DNA from: Pocillopora damicornis | Lineage: Eukaryota | Assembly (NCBI RefSeq): GCF_003704095.1 | Contig: NW_020846062.1 | Coordinates: forward strand, 62,001 to 126,000 | Reading direction: 5' to 3' | Length of the DNA: 64,000 bases | Shown: piece after piece, positions 28,701-43,700 of the stretch | Layout: each line of letters opens with the position of its first letter | Numbering within the stretch: the stretch's first letter is position 1 | Program-made: the position numbers and the translations under genes | The notes under the pieces: generated by a model | Databases searched by the model: none | The model's input: only the letters and a program-made list of their open reading frames with translations | Told to the model about the DNA's origin: nothing

Positions 28701-31700
28701 GCTAGAAATTACAGTCTAGTTATTTCTGGTTACCTGTATCACTTTCGTCTGATGCTGAATGTCTTTCAAGTTAGCAGTAAGTCCCGGCTGTTGAATGAGG
28801 ATCACTTCAACACGTCGCAAACTGTTTTCAAGATCTGTTACCAGTTCAGCAATGTTCAGCAAAAACACAAGCCTGTCGATTAGAAAAGAGTGCGATCGAA
28901 CAAATAAGTGATAAAAGATCTACTATGGCAAGAAGAGCTACTAACGTTAACTCGACGGCTAAGCGCGTTCAGTGGAGGCTTAGGAGAGCTCAGACGTGAC
29001 AATTTAGTTTTGCATCTGATTGGTTGAGAGAGAGGCGCGGGTTCTCTGGACCAATCACGGACCAAATTATAGAAGAAAAAAAAAAAGAAAGCAATCCTGA
29101 ATTACTTTCGACACTATTGAGAATTGCCCCAAGGATGAACGTTATTACGGGATTGACAGAACTCGAGAGATCCAAAGTAAAAGAACACCAGGCAACAGGA
29201 AGGCCATGGTATGGAAGTACTTATTTTTCTGTACAGAAATCCCTCATCAATATGTTATCGTTATTTTGGAGTCAACCCTGAATTAGTGTCAATAGGATTT
29301 TGAGCAACTCGTTTCAGGGTCCAAACGCTTCCTGGAACATGCATTAGCATAAAGGAATTTCGCCAGAAGAGTACGCGTTTAAGAATTGATTCAGCCTCAA
29401 CTCACATTTTGTGCCAACCGTTAGCTTCTTTCTTAACATTTCTCCATTTTTCTGACAGTAAACCTAATTTGCTCTGTAGTTGAGGATCCATCTGAGTCAC
29501 CACGGATTGTGTGAGGGAGTCGTACTGCGGTGTTCTCTGTTTCTGCTCCTCTTGCAATTTCTAAAATGCAATAAAGTACACCATGATTGTCAGGGAGCGA
29601 AAAAAAATTACGAGTTGTAAAAGATGTCACATGATGAATAAACGTTCTAAAGTTTGCTTATCGATACAGACAATGAGGTTGAATGTCTTCGAGCTCATAT
29701 ACGTGCAGCTCATTGGTTCAGTGTGATTGATTGTAATTGATGCGTTTTGAAATCCATTACTTGTATTTATGATAATCAAAACGCACCAATGAATGTATAC
29801 GGGAAAAAAAGCAGTGATAGTTTGCCGCTGCTCACATCTAACCATAAAAATTGTGAAACCTCATCTCACAGCAAACTATACCACGCAGGTTTTCTATAGA
29901 AAATTTTGGGATGTAGGGAGAACACTCCAAAAGTTTGAAAATCACGAGCCAGATTCACAAACTTTTCTCAAATTCTCTCAACATCCCGTGTGGGTTATTA
30001 CAACAGTAAATCGATAGGAAGAGCGGTCTATTGCTTCAATAACTGGTAGATGATTTTGTGCATTTTCATCACATGTTTGCGTAACAATATATCCACACTG
30101 TACAAGTAAAGACTAACTCACCTCAACTTGCTGAAGTGTGCTGGAAAGGCTTCTTTGGTTTAGTGTCTCAAGTGACTTTGTTTTCAAGACCTCTTCAGAT
30201 CTGTTCACCCACGCGAGAAGATCATTTAGTGTGCTCTGAGCACTTTGCTGAAAGGTAAAAAATCCAAAATTTAACTAACTTTAATAAGTTGTGTGTAGTG
30301 TGTGTTTTTTTTGGTGAGTGATTTATGTGTTTTACTTGTTCAAAAGAAGTTTAGAGTGCTTTTCGATTGAGTGTCGTAAAACGAAGAGCAAAGTAATCTA
30401 AAAGGCCAATCAGAAGAAGGAAAATACCCTGAAAAACCTATGCCAACTCAAAGTAAAACTGACCAAATTGCCTAAGGCGCGGGAAAACGCGACCAAGTCG
30501 TGATTGGTTTTAGTGTTGCATCTGATTGGTTGAGAGAGTGGAGCGAATTCTGTTGACCAATCACAGAACGAAAAAAAGCCAATCGAAAGACAATCCCGGA
30601 TTTCTCTCCACATAGTATTGAAATTGCTCCAAGAAGAACTTCTGAAAGTGAAAAATTATTGTTTCATTCTCTTCACCTTGTCAAGCGTTGGCACCGTTTG
30701 TGTTTCAAACATGGTCTCTGGTTCTATAGCATGTTCATTCAATGACACAGAAGCTGGTTCTAGCCGTTCTGTGATGCCAGCTATTTCCTGGTCATCAGGC
30801 ATTTGGATTTCTTTCCATAGTTGTTCCACATCTTTTGATCCAGTCAGAAGCGGTATCTTACCCTGAAAAGAATGAAATGATCACTGATTTTTACGCAAAC
30901 ACTTTTATCGAACACCTTCATATTCTGGTATCTGTTTGAAACCTGAGTTTTCAAGAAAATCTGACAAGACCCAAGTCATGTAGCACTTAGAAACAAAAGG
31001 TTTAGAACATACCTATAGAAAAAGAAACTGATGGCCAAGTAGTGCACCCAAAAAAAAAAAAAACATAATGATACTAACCCCGATTGTGTTACCAGCGTAG
31101 GTACAAACTTTATTTTTCAGTGCAATGAAAGGGAACCCAGCGTGATAGGCAAGCTAAACACCTAAATTTTTAACAAGCGATCTATGAATATTATCCATTC
31201 ACACTGTAGCCGGAGTTTTACAAAATTTGATCAGCTTTGATCCACGTTTTACTAACAAGGCAAGATTAAATTTTTGCGTGCGATTAACCCAGGATTGTTG
31301 TTAGTCCTTTAACTCCTAAAAAGTGACTAGCATCTAATTTCTCCCAACAATATCACCCCTGAATCAAACAATAGGGTCATGAGAATAAAGGAAATGATCA
31401 CCGACTAAACAAGCTCTTGATTGTTAAACAAATTCTCTTTGTCATCACCTTCACAAATGTACAGAGAACAGTATGGAGAATATGCATATTGATGTGACTA
31501 TGTAAAGGGTTAATGGGGAAAATGTCAACTCAGCCCTAAGTAGGGTGAAGTTCCAGGAGAGTGGATCATCGCTACCCATCATCCTTAGAGCCTAAGTCCC
31601 AGTCTCCTATCCTTCACTGCTCGTGATACCTGCACCAACTTTGTTATCCCTTCTAGCAAGAAACTGTACCAACTAACCTTCTCAGGAGAAGTGGATTTTA

Positions 31701-34700
31701 TGATCTTCACTTGCGTAAAAACTTGTTCTTTGCTTAGGGCTTGCTTTAAATTCCAGTGTCTTGTTCTCCACAATGTCAGTAAATGTTTATACTGAATTTC
31801 TAACCTGGTGAAATAGAAAAAAATAATACTGTAACAGTACTGGAGAAAAACCTATCTTTAAAGGCTGCCAAAAGTGATAAATGAGATTGAATTATTGATA
31901 TTTTATTCGTCTGTTTTAATTAAATTGTGATATATTTTTTTATAATTTCTTCTCAGACAATTTGTACAGACCACCATCAGGTTGATACAGAAATATTTCT
32001 TTCTACAGGTCAAATTCTTGGTTAGTCAGAAGGTAATATTTTCTGATCCAACACAAAGAGTCCACATGAATGAATGTGGCTGTGACCATAACCTTTCTAT
32101 ATTTTACATCTCAATACAAGACGCTCTTCCTTACCAAACAGAGCACATGCAAAATCCAAGTTTTTCTATGTTGAAGGTTAAAATATGTGACCATTACCTG
32201 GTGGAAAATTCTGTAGCTTCCACATCTGGAGCAGGAATAACAAAACATACGGATGGAACTTCACACTGTCTACTGCTGGCATTTGTAATCTGTCAAAGAG
32301 TACAACAATTTTCATTAAAAAAAGAACAGATATGGTGATCCATCTGTTTTTATCTACATGCCTTATTTGTCTTGTCTGTCTGTCTATTCAGGGTAGTCAT
32401 TAGAAAATGTAAAAGATGCACAATCTGAACTAAGTAGACAGCTGAATTGAATTCTGCTTGCCAAGCATTTGCATTGCACCTTTCTTTGAGGGGTTGAGGG
32501 GCATGCTCCACATTTTTTAGCAAGACATTGATGTTGCAATCAGTAAAATTTACTTCTTTTCAGTTTTTATCCAAATTCACAAGGTAGCCAGCAGGTTTTT
32601 GCCTCTGACCGCCTTCTAATGACAATCCTGCTGCCTGTACATCTGTCTGTGAACAATGTGTCCCTCTTGTTTATTTACCTGTTGATCATTGATTGTTTGT
32701 TGGTTTCTCTTACTGTCTACATACTTTGATTGTTGATTAGTCAGCCACACAGCTTGTATGTGTTTTACTGTTTGTATGTTGGTTCTCAGAAGATCTTGAT
32801 CACTGCTTTAGATTTAACTCAAAGTAGTTATTTCAGCAATAATACATACTTTCCAAGAATGATGCTCAGAATTATCCAGGAGTAGACATTCTTCACCTTT
32901 GTTGACAACATTCTGAAAAGCAAATTAAATAGCACACCATGTGTTAATAATAGGCCATCTAATGGCAAAAGAAATCCCAAATTTCTAACAAAATCAAGTT
33001 TATCACCAAATAGTAAGTGTTTGAGAAAAATACTTAATAACCCAGCTGTGTAGAACTTAGGCTAGGAACTTCAAACAGAAGTCACAAATTCCAATCACTG
33101 CATCAAAAAGTGCCCGCCATTCTTACCTGCATATTCTTGTAACTGCACACTGGATCAACCAAAACTTTGCCCTTCAATTTGGATTTTCTTTGTGGCAGGG
33201 GAACTACCTTTTTACTCAGAAGTTGCAATGAGCTAACAACATCTTTGAAGTCAACAAGTTCTTGCTTCATTTCCTACAAGAAATTTTAAAATAACTTTAC
33301 ATTTAATAAAGACCTAAGGAAACCCTGAGGAAAATAAAAAAAAATTGAAGGATCTTAGCACAATCAATTTGCATGGTAACTTGTTGCATAAAACATGACA
33401 ATACTGTCACATTTTGGAACATGCTATAGAATCCTGTGATCAATGAGTTGTCACAGGCAAAGTTGACTGAAGAGGTATACCTCTGCTTTGAGTAGGATTT
33501 TCCAGTTGAGACACCTGTATTAAATTAGTACCTTACATTTAAGGGCACACCAGGTTATTTTGTCATTAAGATTGTCACTTTGTCTGGACAACTGAGGAGG
33601 TTATAGACTTAGAACCTTCATAGCAGGACCCCTTCTCTAGTAGTAGTAGTAGCTCGTCAAAATACAACCAACATGTAAAATATTCTGCAATACCATTCAC
33701 CAAAATGTCTAATGAGTTTTTCTTTTTTAATCATTCAATTAATTTACTTCATATGTATTTCTCCTAAGATAGGGAGAGCAAAGCAATAGAGAAGTGAATT
33801 GTAGTCCTAATATTTGTACTTGATTTACACATTCTTTGTACTCTTAATTAAACAGTTGGCTAATAAAAGCTTATCGTAAAAATAGGCTAAACAGTGTAGA
33901 TATCTTAGGTGGAATTTAATTCTCAGAACCAGCATTACAAGTGAAAAGATAAAAGGTAAAATCACTCGGGATCAGATAAAACTGCAAGGAAAAATACTAA
34001 CAAAGAAATACTGAGGTGAATGTGTGAGATTAAGGCAAGAAAAGCAATAAATCAGTTATTGACAGACAACAAACTAGGGCCAGTAATAAGGGGACTGGAT
34101 TATATTGCTGATTGTCATCTATGGCACTCCACCCCCTCAGTCATTAATCTGACATGATCAAATATTCTTATATGATCAAACATTCTTGTATGATCAAATA
34201 TTCTGGAGTGATCAAATATTCTGGTATGATCAAATATTCTGATGAAAGCTAACATGTGGAAAGAAATCTGATAAAACTTGGTTATGTTAAAAGTGCAAAA
34301 GGAAAAGCTGTTCTTCTACTTATAAGATAACATAACATTCTTTGAGGAATTATCTTCAAAATGACAATAGGTAATATAATAATTGAGCAGAACTTTCTTA
34401 CTGCAGAACTTTCTTACTGCAGAACTTTCTTACTGCAGAACTTTCTTATTGCAGAACTTTCTTATTGCAGAACTTTCTTATTGCAGAACTTTCCTTTTGA
34501 AGTCATGCCTGATTAACTTTTGATATACAGAGGAAACATATGCCTGATGAAACATGAACAGAAGGTAGGAGGAGGGAATGATTGAGATGCTGACACTCTT
34601 GTTCAAGTCTGACACCATCTGTAATCCACTATTATCATAATTGTCAGTGATCATGCATATTGTGCACAGTTAACCCTTTGAGAGTGACTAGTATTTAATT

Positions 34701-37700
34701 TAGCCCCACAATATTGTTCTGCATCACATCAAATTAAAGTCAAAAGAGTAAACAAGATGATCAACACTGGAGGAAGCTCTTCATTGTTGAAAAAATTCTC
34801 CTAAACAGCACCTCGGGAAATGCTAAGAGAAATGTTCCTGAGGAGAAGTATATTGATGTAAGGATGTAAAGGGTCAAATGGCTGAGTGATTGCCATCAAA
34901 GGCTCTATCTGTAAGTATATGGTCTAAAGCATCATTAAAGAACCAGTAATATTATGTGCAGAATTCATTGTCTAAAGAAATGTTTCAGAATCAACCTAAC
35001 AGTAGTCTACACAAATTGTTGGCGAGAAATTATAAAAAAAATGTAAATTTGTGTGTTAACTATCACAGTTTGATTAAAACAAACAAATAAGATATCAATA
35101 CCAACCCTCTTCATTATGTTGATTTTCAAAAAGATATGCTATAAAAATATCAAATGCATAGTAGTGCACTTTGAAAGAAAGATTTACTAACAGTGTCCAC
35201 CTTAGGAAAACTTAGGCAGTAATTTTAGTGGATGACAGTGAAGTATTGAGACCATCTTCAAAAATATCACCTGGGCTTGTGTTTCCTTATCATTATGAAT
35301 AGAAATTTTGTTGTGGTTAAACCTAGTATTAGCTTGGTAAATTTCCAAACCAGTTATATTTATAATACTTCCACAACTTTGTAATAGTAATATATTTAAC
35401 TCATGCTGACATCTGATGCAAAACTTTTATGTGATGTGTACAACAAAGTCAACAGCTACAGCATAGTAAACAGATGATAGCACAAGTCATGCCAAAACAA
35501 CTCTTTAAAAAGTTTCCTTGTGAATTTGAAGTTTACTTTGTTTTCATCTATATTTTCAATTTATTTTGATACAGCAAACAATGGAAATTTTATTCATACT
35601 GGTGGCATGTCTAAACATTTCACACCAGAAATATGCATTTAAACTGAAATATATTTATTCCTTGGAAATTTCTTTAACCAACTGTAAACATTCAGGAAAG
35701 AAGAGGCATGATATTTATAACAAAATTTTTGCTTACCAACAGCACAAGTTTTGAGCTTAATTGTATTTTGCCATAATTAAATAATTTGAATAGACATACA
35801 CTATAATCCTCTGTGAAGGTCAAATTTTCTCAAAGAATATAGCTGTAAGTTAATCGGAGAGTGAAATAACGAAAGAAATAAAACTTAAAGATCTGTAAAC
35901 AAGACAGAGAAGTGAAGCGCATGATTCTCCCTTGAACTAGGCTTAAAAAAATGAAAGCTTCTTCGTGAGTATGACTCTTGCCAAATATTGACACAAATTC
36001 AACATTTATTTGACTTGTAACTTAATACCGCTTGCGGCTCTAGCAACGTCGACCTCGATCCCCTGAAGCTTCACCGCATGAAATTAACAACAGGCGAAAA
36101 TTGATCACGCGAGACATGTCGGGGTTTTTTTTTGTTTAAAAATAACCAGCTGTGGAAAACTACCAAACACAACTCCATAAATTTGTCTTGCAAATGGGCC
36201 AATTTACTTTCAGAACACTTCGTCAGACCGATATCAAGTATTTAAAAATTCCGCTCGAACAACATTTTCGAGTTAAAAGATCGAGAGATAAAGAAAAAAA
36301 AAAAAGCTGTCGGAAACTGGAGTCAGACATAAGCACACTATTCTAGAATGCAAATTAAGCACAGTGTTTGTCGCTAATATTAGTTCATTCGCCACGTTTC
36401 GACCTGTTCAAAACACTTAAAACAGTCTTTTTGGATGAACATCTTGGAAAACTGTTTACCTGCTTAAGTTGAAGCATGTCCGTAACGACGTCTTTAAACT
36501 TTGGCTCTAGATCCTTCTCACTTTCCGTCTTTGGTCCGCGCAGAAGCAACAAATAACGTTCTCTGGGTGCAGAAACACTTCTTTCTTCGATCTTTCGATC
36601 GAAAATATCGCGAATATATTCCAAAGAGTATGCGATAATCGTTCCCATTTGTGACTGTCTGACAACCGGGAAGTTTTCCAATGGAATTCCCGCCTGGACT
36701 GCCTGCTCCGAGGCAGGGAGAACTCTTTCTCTTAAAAACCTTTGCCAGCGAGAGTCGTGAATTAATTGATCGTGATCGAAGATCGGCTGCTGTGAAGTTC
36801 GCCATCTCACTACAGTAGCCGCGCTGTGTAGTGCTCGTCTGCATGCAAAATAAACACGAGTGCAAGAGCCCTTTATCATTTGAGTTACGAAAGAGACTGG
36901 ATGAAGAAGATTATGGAAAGATGCTCGCGACAAGCGCGCTGTTCTTATGGGAACCGCTGCAGATCTTCGTCCATGTAATTTGTTTTCGTTCCTTGATCGG
37001 TAAATGAAGTACAAAAGTGAAATTAACGCCACGAAAGCGACAGCCGCCGATGTAAATAAAATGAACAGGAGAAGTGGTATGGGATTCCAATGCAAAACTA
37101 CGCACATTTCTTAACTTTCGCGACGGCTAGCTTGCCAGGACTGTTTTGATAAAGAAATTAAGCCGTCTAGCACTTTCGGCATCTGTTTCGTCTAAAGCTT
37201 CGTCGTTGTCGTTTGCATATAAGTCATTGTTCGGAAAGACGGCTGGATCTGACGTTTGAGAAGCGTGCCTTTGCACGTGTAAACTGAACCTGCGTGGATC
37301 CAATTCATCAGTCACGAGTTCTCACTCCACAAATCAATCCGTCAGTTGCACTAATTAACTCTTAAAAAAATCAGTGGACAAGTGTTCCCAGTGATAGACG
37401 TCAATTCCCTCTGTACAATCAATACGCTTCCTGTTCTGGTTATGCAAGTGGACCTTGGAGCAATAACTTCCAAACAACTATTTCCACACTCGACAGGAAA
37501 TCCGATACGCGCGCGTAAAGTTCGAAACCAGACACTCACAAAGAGAGACAAATTTTGAATTTTAATTATCGAAATTAAATATTAATAACTTTAATGCTAA
37601 ACTACTCGCAATTTGTTTTTAATATCAGATTTCAATAGAGACCGGAAAGGATGTAAATAAACACCGAGAGCATTTTAAAATACCGCGAAGTAACGTCAGA

Positions 37701-40700
37701 GTAAGCAAGAATTACCGTGATATTGCGTGAAAATCATCTGGTCGACTTGCAAAAGTTTTTGGAAATAAAATATATTTTCTAAAAAGCCTATTATGCAATT
37801 TCTCGTAAATCGAATATACATGAGCAGCAAACAGCTAAGAAATGCACCACAGTTAAAATGGAAAAGGATAAAGGCTTTGTTTATCATGCAAATAGATAGT
37901 TCACAGTAGTTACTAAGAATACTAACCAACAATCAAATTTCGTAAGTCACTTGTTTAAACACCAGTGGACCTTTACGAAGACAAAAGCTATTCTAATGCA
38001 ACAGTTTTGTCCTTCTGTTACCGCCACGTCAGATGTGACCAACAGCACTTAAGCTAGAGACTTCTAGGTATTGTTAACCACCTGTCAACTTATAAATTCC
38101 AGACCAGCAAATCATCTTTTTCCAATAATAGAGTGTATTCTAGAGGGTTTTTGTTTTTCCATCTATGCCCACGTTCTTCGCGGGATATACTATTCTTTCA
38201 ACTGGTGCCGGAAATTATATGCAAATACTACGATATCAAAAATAGAACCAACGAGTTCCCTTTTACGATCATTTTGTGATTACAGATACTATAAGCATTC
38301 GCACAGAGCATGCTGGATGCAAGATACTACGATAGCGGTTTTAACGTGCGCGCTCTCTTTGGTGGATATGCGTGTTTGAAAGAAAGTAGTTGAGCACGGT
38401 TTACCGCTGTCACAGGTTCTCCCAGCCCACCTCGTGTTTAGATGGCGCTATATAAACACGGGAAAAATCCCCTTTACTCTGATAATTCGCTTGCTAAAGA
38501 AATCAGAGGAAGGTTTATAAAACCAACTATAGAAAATAATTAATGCAAAATGCAATCTGCATAATTGTCTGTGAAGATGGGTGGAAGGCGGACTCAGGGT
38601 GTAATAATTTTAATTGCTGTCTTGGAACAAAAAGTTGCGGTTGGCCATAGTGATGAACACATTTATTAGTGAAGTATGATCGTTTTTCTCACGAGCCACT
38701 CATTTTGATTCTATGAACTTTTTACTGGTAACAGAAAATGAACTGACCATTTTATTTCCTTACTGATTCTTTGCACACCCCACGATTGTCAAGACCCCAT
38801 TCAGACAATCAATTTCCTTATCAACTTGATTATTTTACCCCTCCATAGCTTCTTTAACAATTTTAAAAAAAACCTGAAGGTCTCCTGTTTTCGTAGCTTC
38901 CAGATTGTAACTAGAGTACGGGAGAGTATTACAGGATTTATTTCTTGATGAATCGTCAGTCAGGACTAAGTTGTAAGACAGATGGAGCGTCTCCCGTCAA
39001 GCGAGACTACATCCCAGTTGCTTTAGTCGCTGCTCGCGGTTAGAATGCCCAGAAAAAGAGACGAACGCAAATCGAATTGTTGTTTCTTTTTCTTGCCTAG
39101 CATGCCAGGTAAGAGAAAATTCGAGTCAGGCACGCGGAGGAAAGATACAGGCCGAATCCAAATGCAACATTTTTTTGATGTAGATATAGCTGACTCCGCC
39201 TCTGGGCATAGAGAGTGTTCTGATTAGCTACCCAAGCGAGGCATGTGAATATCTTGCTATATTCACCACACGCCGAGTCAATAACACATGGAAACCTGGG
39301 CTGTTTATTAACAACTCACCGTCAGATTATTCAGAGCTTGCTCGGCTGCGTCACGTGACGATATGTTTTGTACGTCATATTCACTGTTCAGTCGATCGAT
39401 CAACTGAATCATCTTTTTCTCTGTGGTATGTGCGTCTTGGAAATACTACACGCAATCAAGTAAAAGGAAAAGCAGGAAACTTAAGATGCATTTAAACCGT
39501 TTCAAAACTGATCCATGTCAGTATCTGATTAACTGCGCACCTACCGCTCCCTTATTCCCAAAATAATCAACTGATAACAAGTCAGGGTTCTTGTTGGATT
39601 AGGGGAGGGGTAGGTGCGCAGTTGCAGAGATACTGAACCGAAAGAATATAGATCAAGCAAAACGTGAGGAAAAGTAACGGAATGTTGTCAGTTTACTCTC
39701 GATAAGAATGCAAGATCTCACAAGGCTGGAAGAAACTAACATCAGAGGTTGAACAGATTATTATGGTAAAGAATAAACCACACCTGTTGGTACATCTCTG
39801 CATTTCTCACGTGCTGTTGGAAGGCGACGAGAAGTTGGGTAAGCCACCACCACTGACTGCGCATAGCATTCAGGTACGCCTGCATGGAAAAGATATCAGC
39901 CGAACACTCTCGTTACTAGATTTTTGAGCCGTTGTTTAGTTATCGTGATATATTTCCTCTGAATCGAAAACAACACAATGGCGAACGTGCTGGATTCCGG
40001 ATCGAGAGGTCTAGGCGCACGAAATAATCAGGTCGCTGCGTTATGTTCTTAGGCAAGACTCTTTGCATCCAAAGCAGGGAGCTCCTTCCGGGAATATGAT
40101 GTGTCTACGAATAAACTCAGAGAAAGCTGACGAAATTTTTGGGGGTAACCAGGGAAAAGACCATCATTCCATTCGGGGAAGAAGCAAACTCCGGCAGGGA
40201 TAAGTAGCTCCGTTCATGTTCGAACCTTCTCACAAATATTTGCCCCCACACCTTTCCACCTCATCACCCTAAAACGCTGAATTGTAAATTGCTAAACATT
40301 CAATTCTCTAGAAAAAAGTACGCTAATCACCGCTATTCTTTCACGTCACAGGGCCACCAGTGACGATCCCCGTCTTTTCTCTTAATGAATCTCACCTCTA
40401 TTGGTTCTGGCGCAGGGTGCCCACTCTGCACCAGGTTCTCTCCTTTAGTAAGCAGCATATTGTAGTGAGGTTCTCTGTCTCGAACATCAAATTCAAGATT
40501 CTAAGGGCATAAAAAATTTTACAAGTTTAACCCTTGAACTCCCAAGATCTGATTATTTTCATCCCCTATAGCTGTTACACATTTCCTGGTAAATTAGTTA
40601 GGAGAATTTGGCATTAGATCAAGATAAGAACCTCTCAGTAATAAGTTTGAGTATTCTCATTACTTTTTTGCTGGATGATGTATGATTACTATAAGGAGAA

Positions 40701-43700
40701 GTTACAAGTTAATCACTTCCGGGAGTTAAAGGGTTAAGCAACAGCGTCATTCCCTACTCTGCCCCAATCCCACTCCTCTCATAATTACAATACCTCTCCG
40801 TGTGCTTGAAGATCTTCAATGTCGTGATCTGTGATGGACCAGTCACGTGAGACCTCGGGCTCTTCCCGCTGGTTCATCCAGATCAATTCTTTGGTGGCTT
40901 CGCTCATAAACTCCACAAGACTCTTTAGATAATTAATGCGATTCACAGAACTTTTCTGCAAGATAAAGAGTTCATAATGTATCAATACACAATTCGAATT
41001 TGGACCCGCTGATCAACAACAAAAGAGAAAGAAGGCGTGTACGATCAAGCTGTCGCACCACAAGAGCAGCGTATTCTTCGTGGATTTCAATGATCTTCTC
41101 ACTAAGACTTCTGTCTTCAGCCTGCATCAAAACAGAATGATATATCAATAGATATCTACTGGATACACATGAAACATTTCACCCTTTCATCATCTAATCA
41201 TCATATCAATACTCCTTGACCAAGACAACGCTCAAAGGCACTCCTCGACCCCAGATCCCTCCCGACCTAGCTCCTTCAGGTATCGGAACTACAAGTGCAC
41301 TGGTTTTCCACGACACGTAACGATTTTCCTCATAGTTACGACGCCCTTAATTTATCAGTATTCTTACAACATTTTCCGCCCGGTTAGTAACACAAAACAA
41401 ATCTCACCTCCAGTTGTTTAAGTTTATCCAGTTCGTCTTTAAAGGCAAGCACAGCATCGTGTTGAGCATGGTGGTTTTGTTGGTGTCTCTGTGCAGATGG
41501 TAAATCCAGACCAAAGTCTTCCTTTTCGATGGCGTCCTGTGCAAAAAAAGACATCGAGATTGGAGGTCAATGGCTATCTACGTATAGGCTGTAAAAACAA
41601 GGGATGTGTAACTTAGTATCTGTAGCAGAAGCCACTAGCAACGTTAATACTATTATTGAAAGTATTGTTTCAGTTTCTGACTCTTCCATCAGAGTCCACA
41701 GTGGCTAGTCGAACAGAAAGAAGATTGTAATGACAAGAACACTACACTTTCAAACTACAAGCGCGTTTGACTCAGAGCTTCCTAATTCAAGAGAAAAAGA
41801 CATAGTTTGAAACATGGGTGCGAATTCACAGTTTCTAGACCTGCAAGTCAGAGGTAAACAATAACGAGCATAAATTGGCAATAACAGCCAGAATTGAGTG
41901 CAGGTCCACAAGAACATTAATGCAACGTCTTCTTGGATGAAGTTAAAGACCTGTCATAAATCATTCAAGCAACTAGAAGGAAAGTCTTTGACATTTTGAC
42001 ATCTAATTTACCTAATTTTAAGAAGACAGCAGAGAGCTCAATGTAAAGAAATGAGCTTCTAGAAAACATTGCTCGTATTTTTGGAAAATATTATTATGGG
42101 GGAGGTTAAATAACACCAAAAAATGTCTTTCTGACATTTTACATGAGGGAGAACATTTTGAAAACGCAATATTTTAAATACCTGATATTTACGAAACAAC
42201 ATTTTTCTATCCAATCGAGCCATATTTTAGGAGCGTTGTTCGACGTATCAGTTTTCTGACGAAGTTAATTTTTTGTCGCAAAAAAAGACAACTGCGTAAC
42301 GCTTCATATCAGCGAGAGCTTATTGCAAAAATTTATGCCTGCCTCTGACTGTGCCAGAACGGCAAATAAACATCAACAAATAAATGCAAAACGGAAAAAT
42401 AATGTGAAGTTTCTGGTACCTGCTAGATACGTATTATTTAATGAAGATAAACAACCTACTGAGGGTTACCACAAAGAGGTGAAATATCTATTTCTACTTT
42501 GCTCGAGTTTATCAATAAATTATGCCATGTCTCATTTTGAAATTTTGCCCATATGATACAAAAACAAGAAACACTTCTCACAATCACAAAACTATGAAAA
42601 CAACGAAAACCCTCTCCTTAAGTTTTGCTTTTGGTCTATACATGATGGTGAAACTGATTCACAATCAATTCCACGACAATTTAAACTTAGACAAGATGTC
42701 TAAAAATAACAGTGCATGGGGAAGTCGAAACTCAATACCGGTAATGAAAACATGGTGCAAGAGGCAGGATTCCACACGCTAAGAACTGATTGAGCCTGTG
42801 TTTAAAATTCTTTGGCCAGCAGTCGGACTGCATAAATCACAATGACGTCACGCTAAAAATGATATATGATTAAAATAGCCGAGGAGATATGAACTTAATT
42901 TAAAACCAAAAATCAAAAGTAACGTTATTATCAACTGCTTGCTAATCCTGTTCACGATTTAGTTTTCGACCAAAGTTAGTTTTTTAACGAACCTTTGTTT
43001 CTCTTATCCAAGTTAACATTGCATCCAATCGCTGTGATTTATCCCCAGCTCCATCCAGTTCTGCAAACTTCATTCTCACACGTGTGCGGCCCTGGATCGA
43101 GGTTGTACTGTCGCTTCCGTCTGGGGTAAATAAAATTTATAGGTAGAATCAAACTCAAAACAACTATTTACTCCATAGCCTAGGCGCCAAAAGACCACTT
43201 CTTTGCGCTAATAATCAATTGCAAGGAGATTTTTTAATTGACTGTTGTCATGCCAGATCAAAAGTAAACCCAACGGTCGATTAACCCAATTTGCACCCTG
43301 CTATCAGTATGCATATTCTCCATACTTTTATCAATACATTCCATGTGGAACTAACAAGGAGAATTTTTCAAACAATCAAGAGCTTCTTAAGCTAGCGATC
43401 ATTTCTCTTATTCTCTTGACTTTGACGTTTGATTCAGGGGCGATACCGGAAGGAGAAATAAAATGGCAGTCACTCTTTGGCGTCCAAGGGTATAAATCGA
43501 GAAGAATCAATCAGAATCAAAAGAAACGTAAATAATTTTAAGTGTGGAAAACATCTGATTGAAAAACAGGACAGCAAAAGTTTTTTAAGACAAACCACAG
43601 AGTTCTGTTTCTTTCTTACCGTCACTTAAACCCTCTGCGGACATGATCCGAGCAACAGTTGTCCTTGTTTCTGTGGGGGTACCCCCTGAGGAACGGTAGG

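Noticed and set aside
34154-34494. Short repeats as a possible CRISPR array
   Set aside because: No unique spacers, eukaryotic intron, no cas genes
37127-37315. ORF upstream of the TM exon as an N-terminal extension
   Set aside because: GTG start, different frame, ends in a stop; at most a uORF region
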